A stretch of 55,835 nucleotides of DNA, from the NCBI RefSeq assembly GCF_001194135.2, contig NC_068984.1:68722734-68778568 (forward strand). The letters are read 5' to 3'. This stretch comes from Octopus bimaculoides. Its lineage: Eukaryota. The notes beneath the pieces were generated by a model. The model worked only from the letters and a program-made list of their open reading frames with translations. It did not search any database and was not told the origin of the DNA. Below are positions 24,305 through 38,509 of the stretch, piece after piece. A program made the translations under genes and the position numbers. The number at the start of each line of letters is the position of its first letter. Within the stretch, counting starts at the first letter, position 1.

Positions 24305-25487
24305 TATGTATGCATAAGGTATTTGAGGACATACCTTTTTGGGTCATTGGTCATTGTTTGCTAAATCTGTATAATATTTGTTTCAGAAACTAATAATAGC
24401 AGACCCTCAGCTTACTCAAGAAATGAAGAGGCATGCTTTTATTGTGGTTATAAAGGCTGAGCATAGCGATATAGAAATATCTCGATTTTTAAAAGTCACC
24501 AGGTCTTTCGTCTACAAAGTTTGTCAGGAGCTAGAGACTGAGGATGGAAACGTATCACCAGTATCAAAGCATAAAAAGCATTCTAAACGCTCTGAACACT
24601 TGAATTTATCCAGCAAGTTCAACAGACCATTGATTACAATCCCACAAAGTTCATGAGCTCAATTACAAAAAATCTTCATGTGTCAGAAGGAACTGTCAGA
24701 AATGTTGTCGACAAAGACATCAGATATAAGTCTTATATGATGAGGAAAGGTCAATTTGTCAGATAAAGCAAAAGAAAATCATTACATCAGATCTAAAAGG
24801 CTCTTAGACAAACTGAAAATTCCAACAGACACTGATTTAATTCGTTTTTCTCAAACGAGAATAGCTTCGACCAAAATCAAAAAGTTAACAGAAGAAATGA
24901 CAGATGGTTATGTGCAGACCCTTCTGAAATTTCAGGTGTTATGCATACAACATTTCCTGCAAATGTCATGGTTTTAGAGGTTGTCAGCAATGAAGGACAT
25001 GTGATGCTTCCTTACGTCATTCCACAAGGCCTTAGAGTTAACTCTGCCACCTACATTGAGGTCCTGGAAATAATTGTTCAGCCTGGATAGACAGTATATA
25101 CAAATGGAAGGCCATATTTGTTTCAGAAAGACTCTGCACTAACACACATGGCTCTAGTAACATAGGAATGGATAGCTGAACATTTTCATGATTACATAAC
25201 CCTAACATTTGACCTCCTAATTCCCCAGATCTCAGTCTATTGGACTTTTACGTGTGGAGCGTTGCCATAGTCAGAGTAAAGTTCAGGTTCATTTGATTCG
25301 AGCATGTAGGTGATTTAGATCTCGTATAGAAGCAGTTGTTGAAGCTGATGGTGGCTTTATTGAATAACATTATACAAAAGAAAGTTTATTTTTATCTTCA
25401 TACCAATTTTTGACAAATAAAGCTGTTATATATCTGTCCTTTTCCCTTATAAGCATAAATCTGTCCTCAAATAATTTACGCATCCTG
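24305..25487 (+). mobile_element. Near full-length decayed maT (DD37D) Tc1/mariner transposon
   Basis: Broken frame MKRHAFIV...FSNE(NSFDQ)...NRRNDRWL...FPANVMV...FQKDSA...PPNSPDLSLLDFYVW...RIEAVVEADGGFIE*. There are 37 residues between the second and third D after one frameshift correction; the first D is mutated to N. TIR remnants ATGCATAAGGTATTTGAGGACA and TGTCCTCAAATAATTTACGCATCCTG|TA. Confidence 0.9.
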
Positions 25488-26043
25488 TATATATATATAT
25501 ATATATATATATGTCTATATACGTGTGTGTGTCTATGTGTATGTGTAGTGTTTGCAATATGCGTATGCTGCAAAGTAAAGATATATGTAGAAAATAAAAC
25601 TACATAGATCTTTTATATATAGACTTCACATAGCTACTTACTTTCGGAACACCAAAATGTATATGGTATTGCGTGATTGATTAATTTGATCATGTATATT
25701 AACATAGATTTTCCTTTAATCAATTGTTATAGATATATTCTAATTAGTTCCAAATTAACCGTTAGGAAGAGTTTGATATTTTATGAAGTATTCTCGCTAG
25801 AGTTCAAACGAATTATAATAACGAATAAATTCCTTGTTAGCTATATGTCAAAGAGAACACGTTTTTGTAGATGATAACATATAATGAGATTAATACATAA
25901 ATTAATACATAGAGACGTACATATCTTTGTATACACATATAAGTATATGCATGCACCAAAATCTCTTGGTTGTCTTTCGAGATCCGATGATGACTTTGAT
26001 GGCTTATCCTCTCCTACAGCCTCTCAAACTCTATGGAGGTGTG

Positions 26044-26073
<30 letters not shown>

Positions 26074-26078
<5 letters not shown>

Positions 26079-26290
26079 TTTCAAATTTTGGTACAAGGCC
26101 AGTAATTTCGAGAAAGGGGAAAGTCTATTACATTGACCCCAGTGCCTAACTGGTATTTATTTTATCGACACCGAAAAGATGAAAGGCAAAGTCGAACTCG
26201 GTAGAATTTGAACTCAGAACGTAAAGTTGGACGAAATGCCGCTTAGAATTTTTCCCAGATTGCTAACTATTATACCAGCTCACCGCCTTA
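26074..26290 (-). mobile_element. SINE family B, full length
   Basis: TTGGTTTCAAATTTTGGTACAAGG tail through CAGCTCACCGCCTTAA head. Confidence 0.9.
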
Positions 26291-26303
26291 AAGGGCATAT
26301 GAA

Positions 26304-26345
<42 letters not shown>

Positions 26346-26577
26346 GGTTATCTGAATTAGAGGTTAAAATAACCGTCTAAGGAATAGAAGTATCCATTAC
26401 ACTACCGATATATCACCTATCCCTCCTAAGAACATCTTATCAATGGCTCTACCATACAATATTGGAAGCAGAAACAGGTGTTAGATGGGGTGCAATCTAT
26501 TTGTATTGAATTAATAAATAATAATTGATGTAAGTCAATTTTTCTCCATTTTCTGTTTATTTAAATTTTCTTTTCTT

Positions 26578-26614
<37 letters not shown>

Positions 26615-28095
26615 TAAAGTGGTTAAACTAGTAATGGTGGGATCATGACTGCTCTCTCCTGGCTCTCATTTGCTGTCTTCTGTTTGTCCTCCACAACATT
26701 CTCAAATGGATTTCTTTCCCCTTGGAGCTTTCTTCATGTGGTACAATTAGTATTTCATAGAAAGGCTCTTTGCTTATCCTTATAGTGTTTCTCTCGCTCT
26801 CCAGCCGAGCTTTGACCATGATATAACAAGCCGTGTACCACGGCCTCTTATATCATTGACTATCCTTACGTAAATCACTGTTATATGTGAATCTCTATAC
26901 GAAAGGTATCGTAATTATTGCTTAAAATCCCTCTGAAAATACAAAATTGCACAATTAGTTTCCTTCGTAAAAATGTCTACATTAAGTTACCCAAGAGCCC
27001 GGTTAAAACGTTGATAATAAATAATCGAAACAAAACGTAAAATGTTTCGACGGGCATTATTATAGCAGTTATATATATTTAAATGAAATGAGAACGCCAG
27101 ACAGAACAATTATTTTCAAATATATGTAAACAATTTATACTGCCGATCTTGAGATTTATCGGCATGAAAAAATGCTCTTTTCAAAGTTTGGAAGAAAAAT
27201 TACAAACAAAATTCAATCAAAACGATAACTTCTCTGTCCTCAGAATGTCATTCTACAACTAAACTCTTGCTTAGATATTGCTTTCTCCCTCTGAGGCCAA
27301 TTTCTTCAGACTTTAAAAAGAGCAATTTTTCATGTTGAAATACCAAAAGATCAATAATATAATTTGCAAAGAAAAAATTATACTGTCTGGCATTCTTCTT
27401 CCTTCATTTAATACAAAATTTGATTTTCTCGACAGCAAATAAAAATCAGAGTTCAAGAAAACTCATCGTGGTATATGTGGGCCAATGTCATTTAGTAAGG
27501 TTCTCCAGTTTACTCGACTTTTTTTGCATGGAGCCACTCCTTGACACGCTCAAAATTATGATCCACAGAATTGTGTGTGTTATTTCTTTCATTAAATGTA
27601 GAAAAAGCAAAGAGACAGTTGACAGTTTTGCAGCATTTACCCAAAGTTTTACCCAACACACAAGCCTCTCCTTTTCTCTTTCCACACATACTGTCAACCT
27701 ATCCCCACTTAAAATGTCAATCCTCTTTCCCAACCTTCTTGTTCGTATTTTACTTGCAGTCAAAGAACATTAGCTACATAAATCCCGTTAAACTCTGGAG
27801 CCTGCAAAGGTCGTAGACAGAAACCTTTTAGTTTATATGTATATATATATATGTAAATGTGTGTCTATACACACACACACACAAGTTAACTTAGTACGTT
27901 TTAGAGAAATGTGACTGTTGTTTCTCCTCTATACACATTGGTTTCCTCAGACTGAACACGAAAGACCAATATCTTTATCATTACTGGAAGAGATTCTTTT
28001 AGATTATATATTTTCGTTCAATCCACAATGGCACCAGCAGTTGTAGTAGAAACAGTCTTAGTGAAATTAATTGATTTCATTTAATAAGCGAGGCT

Positions 28096-28312
28096 AAGGC
28101 GGTGAGCTGACAGAATCGTTAACACATGGGCAAGATGCTTAGCGGCATTATTCCCGTCTTTACGTTCTGAGTTCAAATTCCGCCGAGGTCGACTTGGCTT
28201 TTCATCCTTTCAGAGTCGATAAAAACAAGTACCAGTTGAATACTGGGATCGATGTAATCGACTTTTCTCTTTCCCCAAATTGCTCGCCTTGGGTCAAAAT
28301 TTGAAACCAATT
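28096..28312 (+). mobile_element. SINE family B, full length
   Basis: AAGGCGGTGAGCTGACAGAATCGTT...CTGAGTTCAAATTCCGCCGAGGTCGAC...TTTGAAACCAA. Confidence 0.92.
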
Positions 28313-28431
28313 AATAAGTAAAACCGAAGTATAACCTCAATCTTAAAGGGAACTTACCTCTTGTTCTCCAATACTTTTCTAACTACTGCTTTCTACATTA
28401 GCTATAAGACTGCATTTTTGGAAAACGGTAA

Positions 28432-28745
28432 TTTATTTTATTGAATGTGGGAGGATGGAAGGCAAAGTCCACCTGGTTGTGATTTGAATATAAAACATGA
28501 AGAACTATTACTCAATACTTCAATGCATTTTGTCGGACGTTGTAATGATTTTACATGTCCACCACCTTAAAACAGCTGTAAACTACAAATTGATAAAGTC
28601 ATCAATACATGTACGGAAGCGGGGAATTGGCAGAGTCATTAGATTCTAGGACAGAAAGCATTGCGATATATATTTCGAGTTCAAATCTTGTTAAGGTCAA
28701 ATTTACGTTTCCTCATTTCTATATCGATTAAGTATTACCGCTGGA
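28432..28745. mobile_element. Two diverged SINE family B fragments (about 28432-28570 minus, 28615-28745 plus)
   Basis: GGATGGAAGGCAAAGTCCACC...CACCACCTTAA, and GAATTGGCAGAGTC...GAGTTCAAATC. Confidence 0.55.
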
Positions 28746-29315
28746 GTAGATTTTTTCTTTCTTTCTAAGAAATAAGCACCGATAAGAATGGGCATTGCCA
28801 GGTTTTGATACCTAAGACACAACGTATGGTATGACATCACCCTTACAACTACATCGTAGAGGAAATGCATGTACGCATCTATCAACATGTTTGTCTTTCA
28901 TAGGTCATCTTCTGCTGGGCTTATATTCAGTAGTTTCACTGTATACATAACCTTCTAATAGCGATCACACCCGTCATCAGTAATTATAAAGGTAAATATG
29001 GGTATTATTTTCGATAACAAACACCAGTCCATATCCATTTAAAATAAAACAAAATCTCCCTTAAGTCATGATATGCCTTTATAAGGAATACTAGTTGTCT
29101 CAAGAATGCAATTAGTGAACAGAAAAAATCGTTAGCTTTACATTTGTTCTCGTTTTCTGCATTCTGCAAATCATATCCTATTTAGATTAAATTTACATTT
29201 CTTCACTTTGAGAGCAAAAACTAAAGCTCCAATACTGAAATGTTTGAGTGCGGGATGGGAAGTTTTACAATATCTGCCTCTGCTCGGTGCATTTGTGTTA
29301 AGATTGTGCCTAGAG

Positions 29316-29524
29316 ATACAAATCCTGGCCAGCGACAGGATTTGCCTGCCTACATGTGTTCATGGAATCATAATGGATTTTAAATGCTGCAATGAGTGTT
29401 GAAGTGTTGTGACTCTCTTGTTAAACTCCACCTACGAATACAAATCCTGACCAGCGGCAGGATATTTGTATGCCTACATGTGTTCATGATATCATTATAG
29501 ATTTTAAAAGCTGCAATGGGTCTT
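29316..29524. repeat. Old tandem duplication, about 85-bp units at 122-bp spacing
   Basis: ATACAAATCCTG..CAGCG.CAGGAT...TGCCTACATGTGTTCATG...GATTTTAAA.GCTGCAATG at 29316 and 29438. Confidence 0.85.
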
Positions 29525-30469
29525 AAATGGTTTTGACTGTCTTTTAAATAAAGCAGTTGAACGACGACGACGACGATGATGATGATGATGATGATGATAG
29601 TTACGATGGTGACGGTGGTGGTTATTTCCACTTTCACATAATCGAGTAGATGAATGATAAATCTGTTCTTTGGTAGCAAGTCACATTTATAAGAGGCGAA
29701 TAATCAAGTAACGATTTCTGCAAACGAGTAAATGAATTAAAACTGCAGAATAAAGTGTTCCGTCTCCTCTGACACTAGAAAATAACTTGCACCGGAGTTG
29801 AACTTATAGCCTATGAACAATAAGTCAAATTTTCTGTATCTACTCGGTCATCTCGCCTGGTATTAAGATTTTAGATAAGACCCTGTTATGGGTTGATTTT
29901 TACTTTTCATCTACAATTGGTGTAGATAAATAAATGCCAGCAGCATTCGAGCGATAAACGGTACTGATTCTATCTTGCATAGTTAAATCTTTTACAAGTT
30001 CGCTGGCATTAAATTTGCTATCTCTGTATGCAGTAAATCTGTTAGTCCAGAACTAATGAAGACTACACAAGTAAAATTTCTCTCTCTCTCTCTCTTTCAC
30101 TTTTTCTTGTTTCCTTTTATTTATCTCAGTTAAGAATTCTTCTTGGTGAAATAAGGTCCCAAAAGTATTCGTAGTAAATATGGTTGATTCAGTATTTAGA
30201 TAATCTACATTTTTCTTTCTTATATTGCTGCTCAAGCACACATTTGTGTTACAGTATGGAGACATTGACTGTTACTAATTATGTAGAATCTTCTACCTCT
30301 TACTTCTCGCTTGTTAATAAGGGTGAGGAATGGCCGAACCGTTAGAGATCTTTGGCAACTTTACAGCAACGTTTAGTTACGGCCCTCTCTGTTGTGTTTT
30401 CAAATCCGGTATAAGTCAAATTAACATTTCATTATTACGGAATCGACATAAGGAAATATTCTTTTCTAC

Positions 30470-30877
30470 TCTAGGCACAAGGCCCGAAGTTTTGGGGGAG
30501 GGGGCCAGTCTATTAGACAACTGGTAATTAATATATCGACCCCGAAAGGATGAAAGGCAAAGTCGATCTCGGTGGAATTTGAACTCAGAACGTAAAGTCA
30601 AACGAAATACCGCTAGACATTTCGCCCGGCGTGCTAACGTTTCTTATTTCTTTATTGCCTACAAGGGGCTAAACATAGAGAGGACAAACAAGGACAGACA
30701 AATGGATTAATTCGATTACATCGACTCCAGTGCGTCACTGGTACTTAATTTATTGACCTCGATAGGATGATAGGCAAAGTCGACCTCGGCAGAATTTGAA
30801 CTCAGAACGTAACGGCAGACGAAATACCGCTAAGCATTTCGCCCGGCGTGCTAACGTTTCTGCCAGCTCACCACCTT
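30470..30877 (-). mobile_element. Dimeric SINE family B (second locus)
   Basis: Two cores; junction CTAACGTTTC|TTATTTCTTTATTGCC at 30634-30659; head CAGCTCACCACCTT. Confidence 0.9.
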
Positions 30878-31591
30878 CGACATAATAAAATATCAACGAA
30901 GTTCTGTGGGAAATTGATTCTACCTTACAAAAAAAGGGTGGGGGTGGGGAACTACCAAAATGCAGTCGGTGTGCCAATAATAGAAATCAATATCTTGGGC
31001 TCATCTGGTTCACCGAGCTGAAAACAGGTCATAACACAGTGTTGAATAATTGTATGGTATTTATTTTTATACATCCAATCACTGAGGTCATATCTCACTG
31101 GAAATAACTGTACCTGTTCAGTTGGATGTGAATACAATGTGCACCAATAGGGAACTAAAGACATTTGAATGGAGAACATACATTTACATTAAAACTTTGA
31201 CTTCATCTATAGACAAAATAAGAAAATAAAGCAAATAGATTTGGGGGTCATTGCTTCTGGGACTCAAACTAAGGCTCGGGCAATGCCGATTGGATAACCT
31301 GGTCAAGTTGTGTCTGATGTTGAAACACCCGAAACATTCAGCGACCGCAGTTCATGGTACTGATGTTGTGTCACAGCTAATCTTGCACAAGAAACGTTTT
31401 GTAATATTTCCGTTTTCACACACACACACACAGCCATAACGGGATTGGGATGAGAAAGTGTGAGAAGCGTAGTGAAATGGCAGCTATGAAGTTGTTGCAA
31501 GAACTGGGAAATGGTAAGAAGCAAGAAGAATGACAAAGTTTGTTAGAGGACATAGGTGACGAAACGGCAAGAGTAATGTTTTCTTCTCTAT

Positions 31592-31791
31592 GCACAGGGC
31601 CCGGTATTTTGGATGAGGGGCCCAGTCGATTAGATCGACCCCAGTACGCGACTGGTGCTTAATTTATCGACCCCGAAATGATGAAAGACAAAGTCGACAT
31701 CCGCGGAATTTGTACACAGAACATAAAGGCAGACGAAATAGCGCTAACTATTTCGCCCGGCGTGATAACGTTTCTGCCAGATCACCGCCTT
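31592..31791 (-). mobile_element. SINE family B, full length
   Basis: GCACAGGGCCC tail, GTCGATTAGATCGAC, core, CAGATCACCGCCTT head. Confidence 0.9.
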
Positions 31792-32271
31792 GAAACGGTA
31801 AGATTAATACAGTGGCAAACTGAAGTAGAAGAGCGAGGGTGCAAAAGTGAGAGAAAGGCAGAGGATTGTTCTCAATCATAAAGTGGTAAAAAGGAATTGA
31901 GTAGCAGAAGTTATAAAGTGTTGAATTAAAAGCCCAGGTAGATTACCTCTATGTACAGATCGTGTATCTTAACGCCACTCCTTTTGTATTTCAATCACTT
32001 CTGCTTCAGGAAAATATTTACCAGTAATCTACCAAGGCTAAATCACGTATAAAGTTTTTCAATAAACATGTGGTTCACTGCGTGCGAAATGTATAGAAAC
32101 CAAGAGATTTCTATTAACATTAAAATATTACTTAGAGCTTATATTTATGCATTCTCTCTCTCTCTCTCTCTCTCTCTACGCACACGCATACATGCGTTTG
32201 TGCGTTTGCTGATGTGTGGTTGTTGGTGTGTATATATGTGTATGTGTGTGTGTGTGTGTATGTGTGTATGC

Positions 32272-32324
<53 letters not shown>

Positions 32325-33457
32325 ATGCATTGAATACTCGACTGTGTTCAACTTTTATTTTGTTTTTATCGAGTTTACTTTTTCCATATTTTCGCACAAG
32401 ACCATTGCAGTTGTTGCAAAACTAATAAACTTTAAAATCCATCTTCCATTTCCTAGATTTTCATAATCGCATCACCAAAGTGATGTGGGATGGTATATTT
32501 TGCTGTCTCCATAGTAGGCAGGGTTTTGTCATTTAACAGTGTATTTTTCTTCTAAAGAATCCTGTAGGACATAGAAATATCGCTTACTACTGTTTTCCTT
32601 TACATTTATGTCTTGCGTTGTGTAGCCTATTGGAATACAATTATTCCTTGTTTTATGAGCATGGAAAGCCACGACTATAGTATCATATTTGTATGGCTGA
32701 TATAACAGTTAGAGTCAGGAAGTTTATAACTTTCAACTCTACAATCGAGTTTATAAATCTCATTAGTCATTAGTAGCCTGTTAATTGTTTTTAAATGCTT
32801 TCTGATTCGCTGTAAGTACAAGTGTTTTTTCTATCTTAAAGTCTTTGCAATATGTTATTAGTGTATCCGTTTTTATGTTATAGGAGCTTATCTTTGCTAA
32901 TGCCTGATGAAGCATTCATTTCTTTAATAATTAGTATGCATATGATTTATATAATATTTCAAGTGTGTCTTTTGTATATTTGATAAGTGTGATATGTTAT
33001 ATATTTGTTGCTGTATATTTCTTATAACTTTATGGTGCTTAGTTTACTCATTTCTTAGAATACCGACGTGATTTAAGAATTTGATTGCAAATGTGAAAGC
33101 TGTAAACTTCACAATTAACGCATATACAACACACTATCTCCTGTTCACCATGCACATAAAACGAGGAGCAATTTGTGATTCATTACATCACGCATGTTAA
33201 AGCAAAACAACATTGTTAAACATTAACGGGCAACGCATAAGTACTCTGTAGAATTTCCCACAAAAATAGAGGGTTAACGACGGAAACATTACCTATAATA
33301 CAGCATTGTACTACTACAATCCTACAGTTCAAAACAATACATCTGGCAGTCGATATCGAGATACCGAGGGTAGACTTTACATCAATCCTATCAGCTCCGT
33401 TTAGTATGAGGAGACAAAGAACATTTATATTTATATACATATGTTTGTATGCTTGTG

Positions 33458-33650
33458 TTTTTCTCCCTACCATCGCTTGACAACCGATGTTGGTGTGTTT
33501 AAGTGTCCTTAACTTAACGATTCGGCCAAAGACACCTATAGAATAAGTACTAGGATTATAAAGAATAAGTCCTGGGGGTCTATTTGTTCGACTAAAGGCG
33601 ATGCTCCAGCATGGCCGCAGTCAAATGACTGAAACAAGTAAAAGAATAAT
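33458..33650 (+). mobile_element. SINE family A tail module only
   Basis: CATCGCTTGACAACCGATGTTGGTGTG...CAGTCAAATGACTGAAACAAGTAAAAGAATAA. Confidence 0.85.
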
Positions 33651-33656
33651 ATACGT

Positions 33657-34260
33657 ATGCAGGCGAGTACACTATGCAGACGAGTAGGTGGATGGATCCT
33701 TAGATCATTCAGAAGCAGGAGGAAATTTGCCCTCAGTCGTCTGGGTTACTACTCCCAATTGTGGCCGCTACAGAGCATCAAACTGGTGGCCGAGCCTGAG
33801 GCAATCCAGCCCCACTGTACAAAAAAGATCGACTCAGTGAAACAGATGCGCTACTGGTAGAGGCCACAAGAACTGATGCTCTAATCCCTGGAGAGAAGGC
33901 GAGAAAGGTACGCAGTGATATACATATGTAAGATCCTGGAATGTCTAGCTCCCAAATTTGGAATTAAAAGCTATAGAAACCACCGATGTGGACGGTACTG
34001 CATAATACTAAATATAAGGACCCAGTATTGCAACAGCTTGGGTCTCATGGGACCACGACTGTTAAACAACCTGCCAAAGAACCTAAGTGATATGCAAGGT
34101 GCAAATGTGGAAACGTTCAAAATGTACCTGGTCAAATTTCTATCCGAAATCTCAGATGAGCCTACATCGCGGCAGGAGGACAAAGAAGAGCAGCTTCGTT
34201 CAGTTCACCTCTTCATCAAAAACAGTACCGTGCGTGCGTGCGTGCGTGCGTGCGTGCGTG
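33657..34260 (+). mobile_element. 5'-truncated CR1/L2-group LINE, ORF2 C-terminal end with (CGTG)8 tail
   Basis: GWILRSFRSR...LSRLGYYSQLWP...EAIQPH.TKKI...YW / ERRRER / IY..KILE.L.P..GI / CNSLG.MGPRLLNNLP...FK..L.KFLSEISDEP matches the recalled post-RT region of CR1/L2/Jockey-group ORF2; frameshifted. Confidence 0.88.
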
Positions 34261-34560
34261 ATATATACTGGTCAGCGTGCTCTCTGAGTAGAGTTTCCAT
34301 ATTATTATTCTACTAGCTTACTCCTCAGCAGCCCTGTATATATAGCTGTACACACTCACATACATTTATATGAATGTTTAATATAGGTGTGAATGTTGAT
34401 GTAGTATCTATTATAAAACTAACAGGATTATGAAACAGCTGTAAGTGAAAAGAAAAAGCATGTTTTCTCTAACTCACATCTCTTATCTGTTCTATTCAAA
34501 CGTACATACATACAGATAGACAAAAGGATATGCATACATATAAATACATATTCAGAATGC

Positions 34561-34603
<43 letters not shown>

Positions 34604-34760
34604 NNNNNNNNNNNNNNNNNNNNNNNNNNNNNNNNNNNNNNNNNNNNNNNNNNNNNNNNNNNNNNNNNNNNNNNNNNNNNNNNNNNNNNNNNNNNNNNNN
34701 NNNNNNNNNNNNNNNNNNNNNNNNNNNNNNNNNNNNNNNNNNNNNNNNNNNNTATATGTA

Positions 34761-34804
<44 letters not shown>

Positions 34805-36095
34805 TATATGTATATATACACATGCATACATATACATATGCATATATATGTATATACTTATGTGTGTGTGTGTGTGCGCGCGCGCGCGTGTATTTCTTTA
34901 TTTATGTGTGTATGATATATCCTGTAGCATGTAGAAACCACTTCTCATTTATTTATTTATTCATCTATTCATCATATAATAACATGCAGCAGATACAATA
35001 CGAAATTCGTTTTAAAACTAAAAGAAAAAGAAAACAGACATTTAAAAATATAAATAGTAATAAAACCAAATAGTCATAATGACATATTTGGTTTCTGGAA
35101 ACTTTTCTCAATTGTACAACTGCTATTGATTGCTGTAAGCTACAATTGGTAATTAGTTCCAGTTTTTGCTACCAGCTCAACAAACAGGCTTTTAATAATT
35201 CATTTCTGCAGCTTTTCATTCATTGAAGTTTACTTTAGCAATGTAATTAGTTTCTCAATTTCACAAAGTTCTTAATGTCTTGGGTATCCTTCTTGCTCCT
35301 ACTTACAGAAGTCAATAGATGCAGGCTTGATAAATAAGAATTTCTAATGAAGGCAACAGCGAAGGTAATAATTATGTCTGAAATGCAATCTGGATTGTTG
35401 GGTAGAAAGGCAGTTTTCATTTAGTATGGTATATTACACACATTAATCAATGATAAGCAGAAGCTGTCGGTGTTGTTATGCTTCTCCATGTTTGTTTAGC
35501 GTTTAGTATTTAGTGTTAAGCGTTCTACTCATTCAAATCACCTGTGTTATTTTCGAATATCGCGTATCTCGTTCAATACTATCCAGTTTATATTTTATTT
35601 TTCAAAAAGAAAAAAAAAATGATTTAATTTGAAGGAGATATGTACTATTTCTAGCAATTTAAACGACTAGGTGGAGGCACTCACATTGAATCATGTTAAA
35701 CAGAAGTTATATTGGGGTATATTTTTCTTTTTAAACACTGTCTCTCTAAGCTTTAAACTATTAACAATGATTATCAGTTCCTGTCCTCCGTTTTACTCTC
35801 TAGTCCATCCCATGGGTATGTTACTTCCTTGCAATTCGCTTGTAAGACTCAAGACCATGCAATCCTTGACCAAACTCGTCAGCATTCCTTCTTTATGCAG
35901 TATTCAATAAGCAGTTGATGTAGATAAATCCTTAACTAGAGGTCTGTATTGCTGATCGTACGTCAAAAATGAATGCGAGAGGTTTCTATGTAATTGCCTC
36001 AGAAAGCCGGAGCATTCTGAACATGGTCCTGGTAGAACCACTGGAGTCTGCTCTACACAAATGGGCCTTTTAAAACTTTGACTGGAACCGTCTGA

Positions 36096-36143
<48 letters not shown>

Positions 36144-36668
36144 ATATGTGTGTAAATAGATAAATATAGATATATAAATAATGTATATATTTATATATGT
36201 GTGTGTGTGTGTGTGTATACAAACACATACACGTAAACTTTGAACGACGAGAATGAGTGATCAATACTGCATTGCTGGATAAAATGTCTTTATTTGTGTA
36301 TTAATGCTACCATTGGTTTCATGTTAAGAAACTTATCTTAATATCTAAAAATTTTTTTCTAGCCGATCACATATTGAATATATATGTATGTATAAATATA
36401 TGTGTACACACACACACACACACACACACATACGCCTAATATATCTATGCATGTTAATAAATGTTTTTATGTTTAGTTATATTAAAAACAAATTTAGATT
36501 AATCTGGGGAGTTACTCTAAACTTTTGTATAGGTCAAATATTTTATCAAGCAAGAATATCATTGACAGTCCAACAATAGCATAACTGGCCGAAACTTCGA
36601 AGTCACAGTCAACATTATTCTTGTTTAAGAATAAACACACACATATGTATGTATTATGTATGTATGTA

Positions 36669-36722
<54 letters not shown>

Positions 36723-38148
36723 TATGCATGAAGAAAGAGAGAGAGAGAAAGTCAGGTAGTAAAAACAGGATGGATAAGGATCAAACACATGAGTGTGTAT
36801 ACTATTCTTTACGCCAAATCGGCAGAAAATAGAAAGTGAGTCAAGGGCCGAGAATTTTGTGCATGCCACTGAGCTGTTTGATAAGTGCCATGCACGAAAC
36901 TTTAGGCCCTCGAGTAGTTTTGTAATATCTACTCAATAAAAATAGAAAATCATACAGAAATGCATATGTATATATATTCTTCGGATATTTTCCCGTAATT
37001 TACTGAGCACACGCCACTAACAGATCTTTAGTAGATAAAGATGGAACAGAAAATCCCGAAATTTTCTGCAAAATTATCCGGATTGCTTCAAAGAAAAAGG
37101 GCAAGTAATTGAAAAGCGAAAGAGATGGAAGTCTTATTTTAAAACACCTACGAAATTGATTCGTTTGTTATTAGAACATGCATTCTCTTACTTCAAGGGC
37201 TACATAAGATGTCGCTTTTGAATCTCAGAGAAATATATCTTCCTATTATAGGATTTGGGAATTTCGAATAAAATTCTTGAATTGGTCAATCCTTACAAAT
37301 GCTTTTATGTACATGTATTGATACATTTCCTACTACTATCACGATAAAATAAATTATTTCCTACACTATTAATCTTCTATAGAATGAAAACTGGTAATAT
37401 GAAAGGAAGTGGCATCTCGTTTATCCCTCAGCATTAAAACAAACTTCATTAACAGTAACCACTTTGCTTGAGTTTGAATGTTGAAGGTGTATGACACTGA
37501 AGATATAAAACAATCTGTTGTTTTTACAAATGAGTAGATAATTTTATCGTATATTCTGCGTATGACAGCTGAGTGTGTAACGCATTTCATAGAAGCTTTA
37601 GGTCAACGAACTTATGTCTTTAATTTTGTTTCAACAGGTCATTTAGAGGCAATAACATACAAATCACTAACGATATGCTAATGGGCCAAAACGTTATCTA
37701 ATTTTTCTGGTGCAAGTTATGTCAGAAACGTTCACACAGCCCTTCCAAGTCATAAAAGCAGCCTTACTAACAATAAATAAATAAAACAACTTCCCCAAAA
37801 AAGAAAAAAATAGATATCCAACTGAAGAAGTAGCTTGCTGACGCTAGGGTGACTTAATAACATCTAAGATAATGACAATTTGTGCCATGCTGATTTTTCG
37901 AATCTCAAAATGAACAATGCCATGACACCAGATGAATTTTGCCTTGTACAATATCTACTCTTTTTTAAAATAGACCACAAATCAGTCATCTTGAATCACC
38001 TTGTAGAAACGCGATATTCTGGAACAGAAACGAAAGAAATGCTTACTTAAAACAATAGGAATAAGCTCCAGCATACTATTGAGTAATTTTTCTTTTGTTT
38101 GCACACCCATATGCACATACTCATACATGCACCTATATTAAAAATTAC

Positions 38149-38448
38149 GCATGGTGTGGCTGTGTGGTAAGACGTTTGCTTCCAACCACATGTTTCCAGG
38201 ATCAGTCCTACTGCATGACACCTTGGGCAAGTGTTTTCTACTATAGCCTCCGACCGACCAAAGCCTTGTGAGTGGATTTTGGTAGACAGAAACTGAAAGA
38301 AGCCTGTCGTATATGTATATCTATGGTGTGCTTTAGCGCTTCAGCTAAAGAAACCAGTAGAATAAGTACCAAATTTAAAAAAGATTGTCCAAGGTGGTGC
38401 CCCAGCATGATCGTATTCTAATGGCTGAAACAAGTAAAAGAAAAAAGG
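38149..38448 (+). mobile_element. SINE family A with internal deletion in the tail
   Basis: GGCTGTGTGGTAAG head, ACCTTGGGCAAG, GGATTTTGGTAGAC, tail end ATGGCTGAAACAAGTAAAAG. Confidence 0.87.
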
Positions 38449-38475
38449 TATATGTATAAATGTGTGTGTTTGTGT

Positions 38476-38509
<34 letters not shown>

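Noticed and set aside
26620-26860. Possible RTE LINE 3' remnant on minus (similar hints at 50250-50690 and 54380-54720)
   Set aside because: Only vague motif resemblance after multiple assumed frameshifts.
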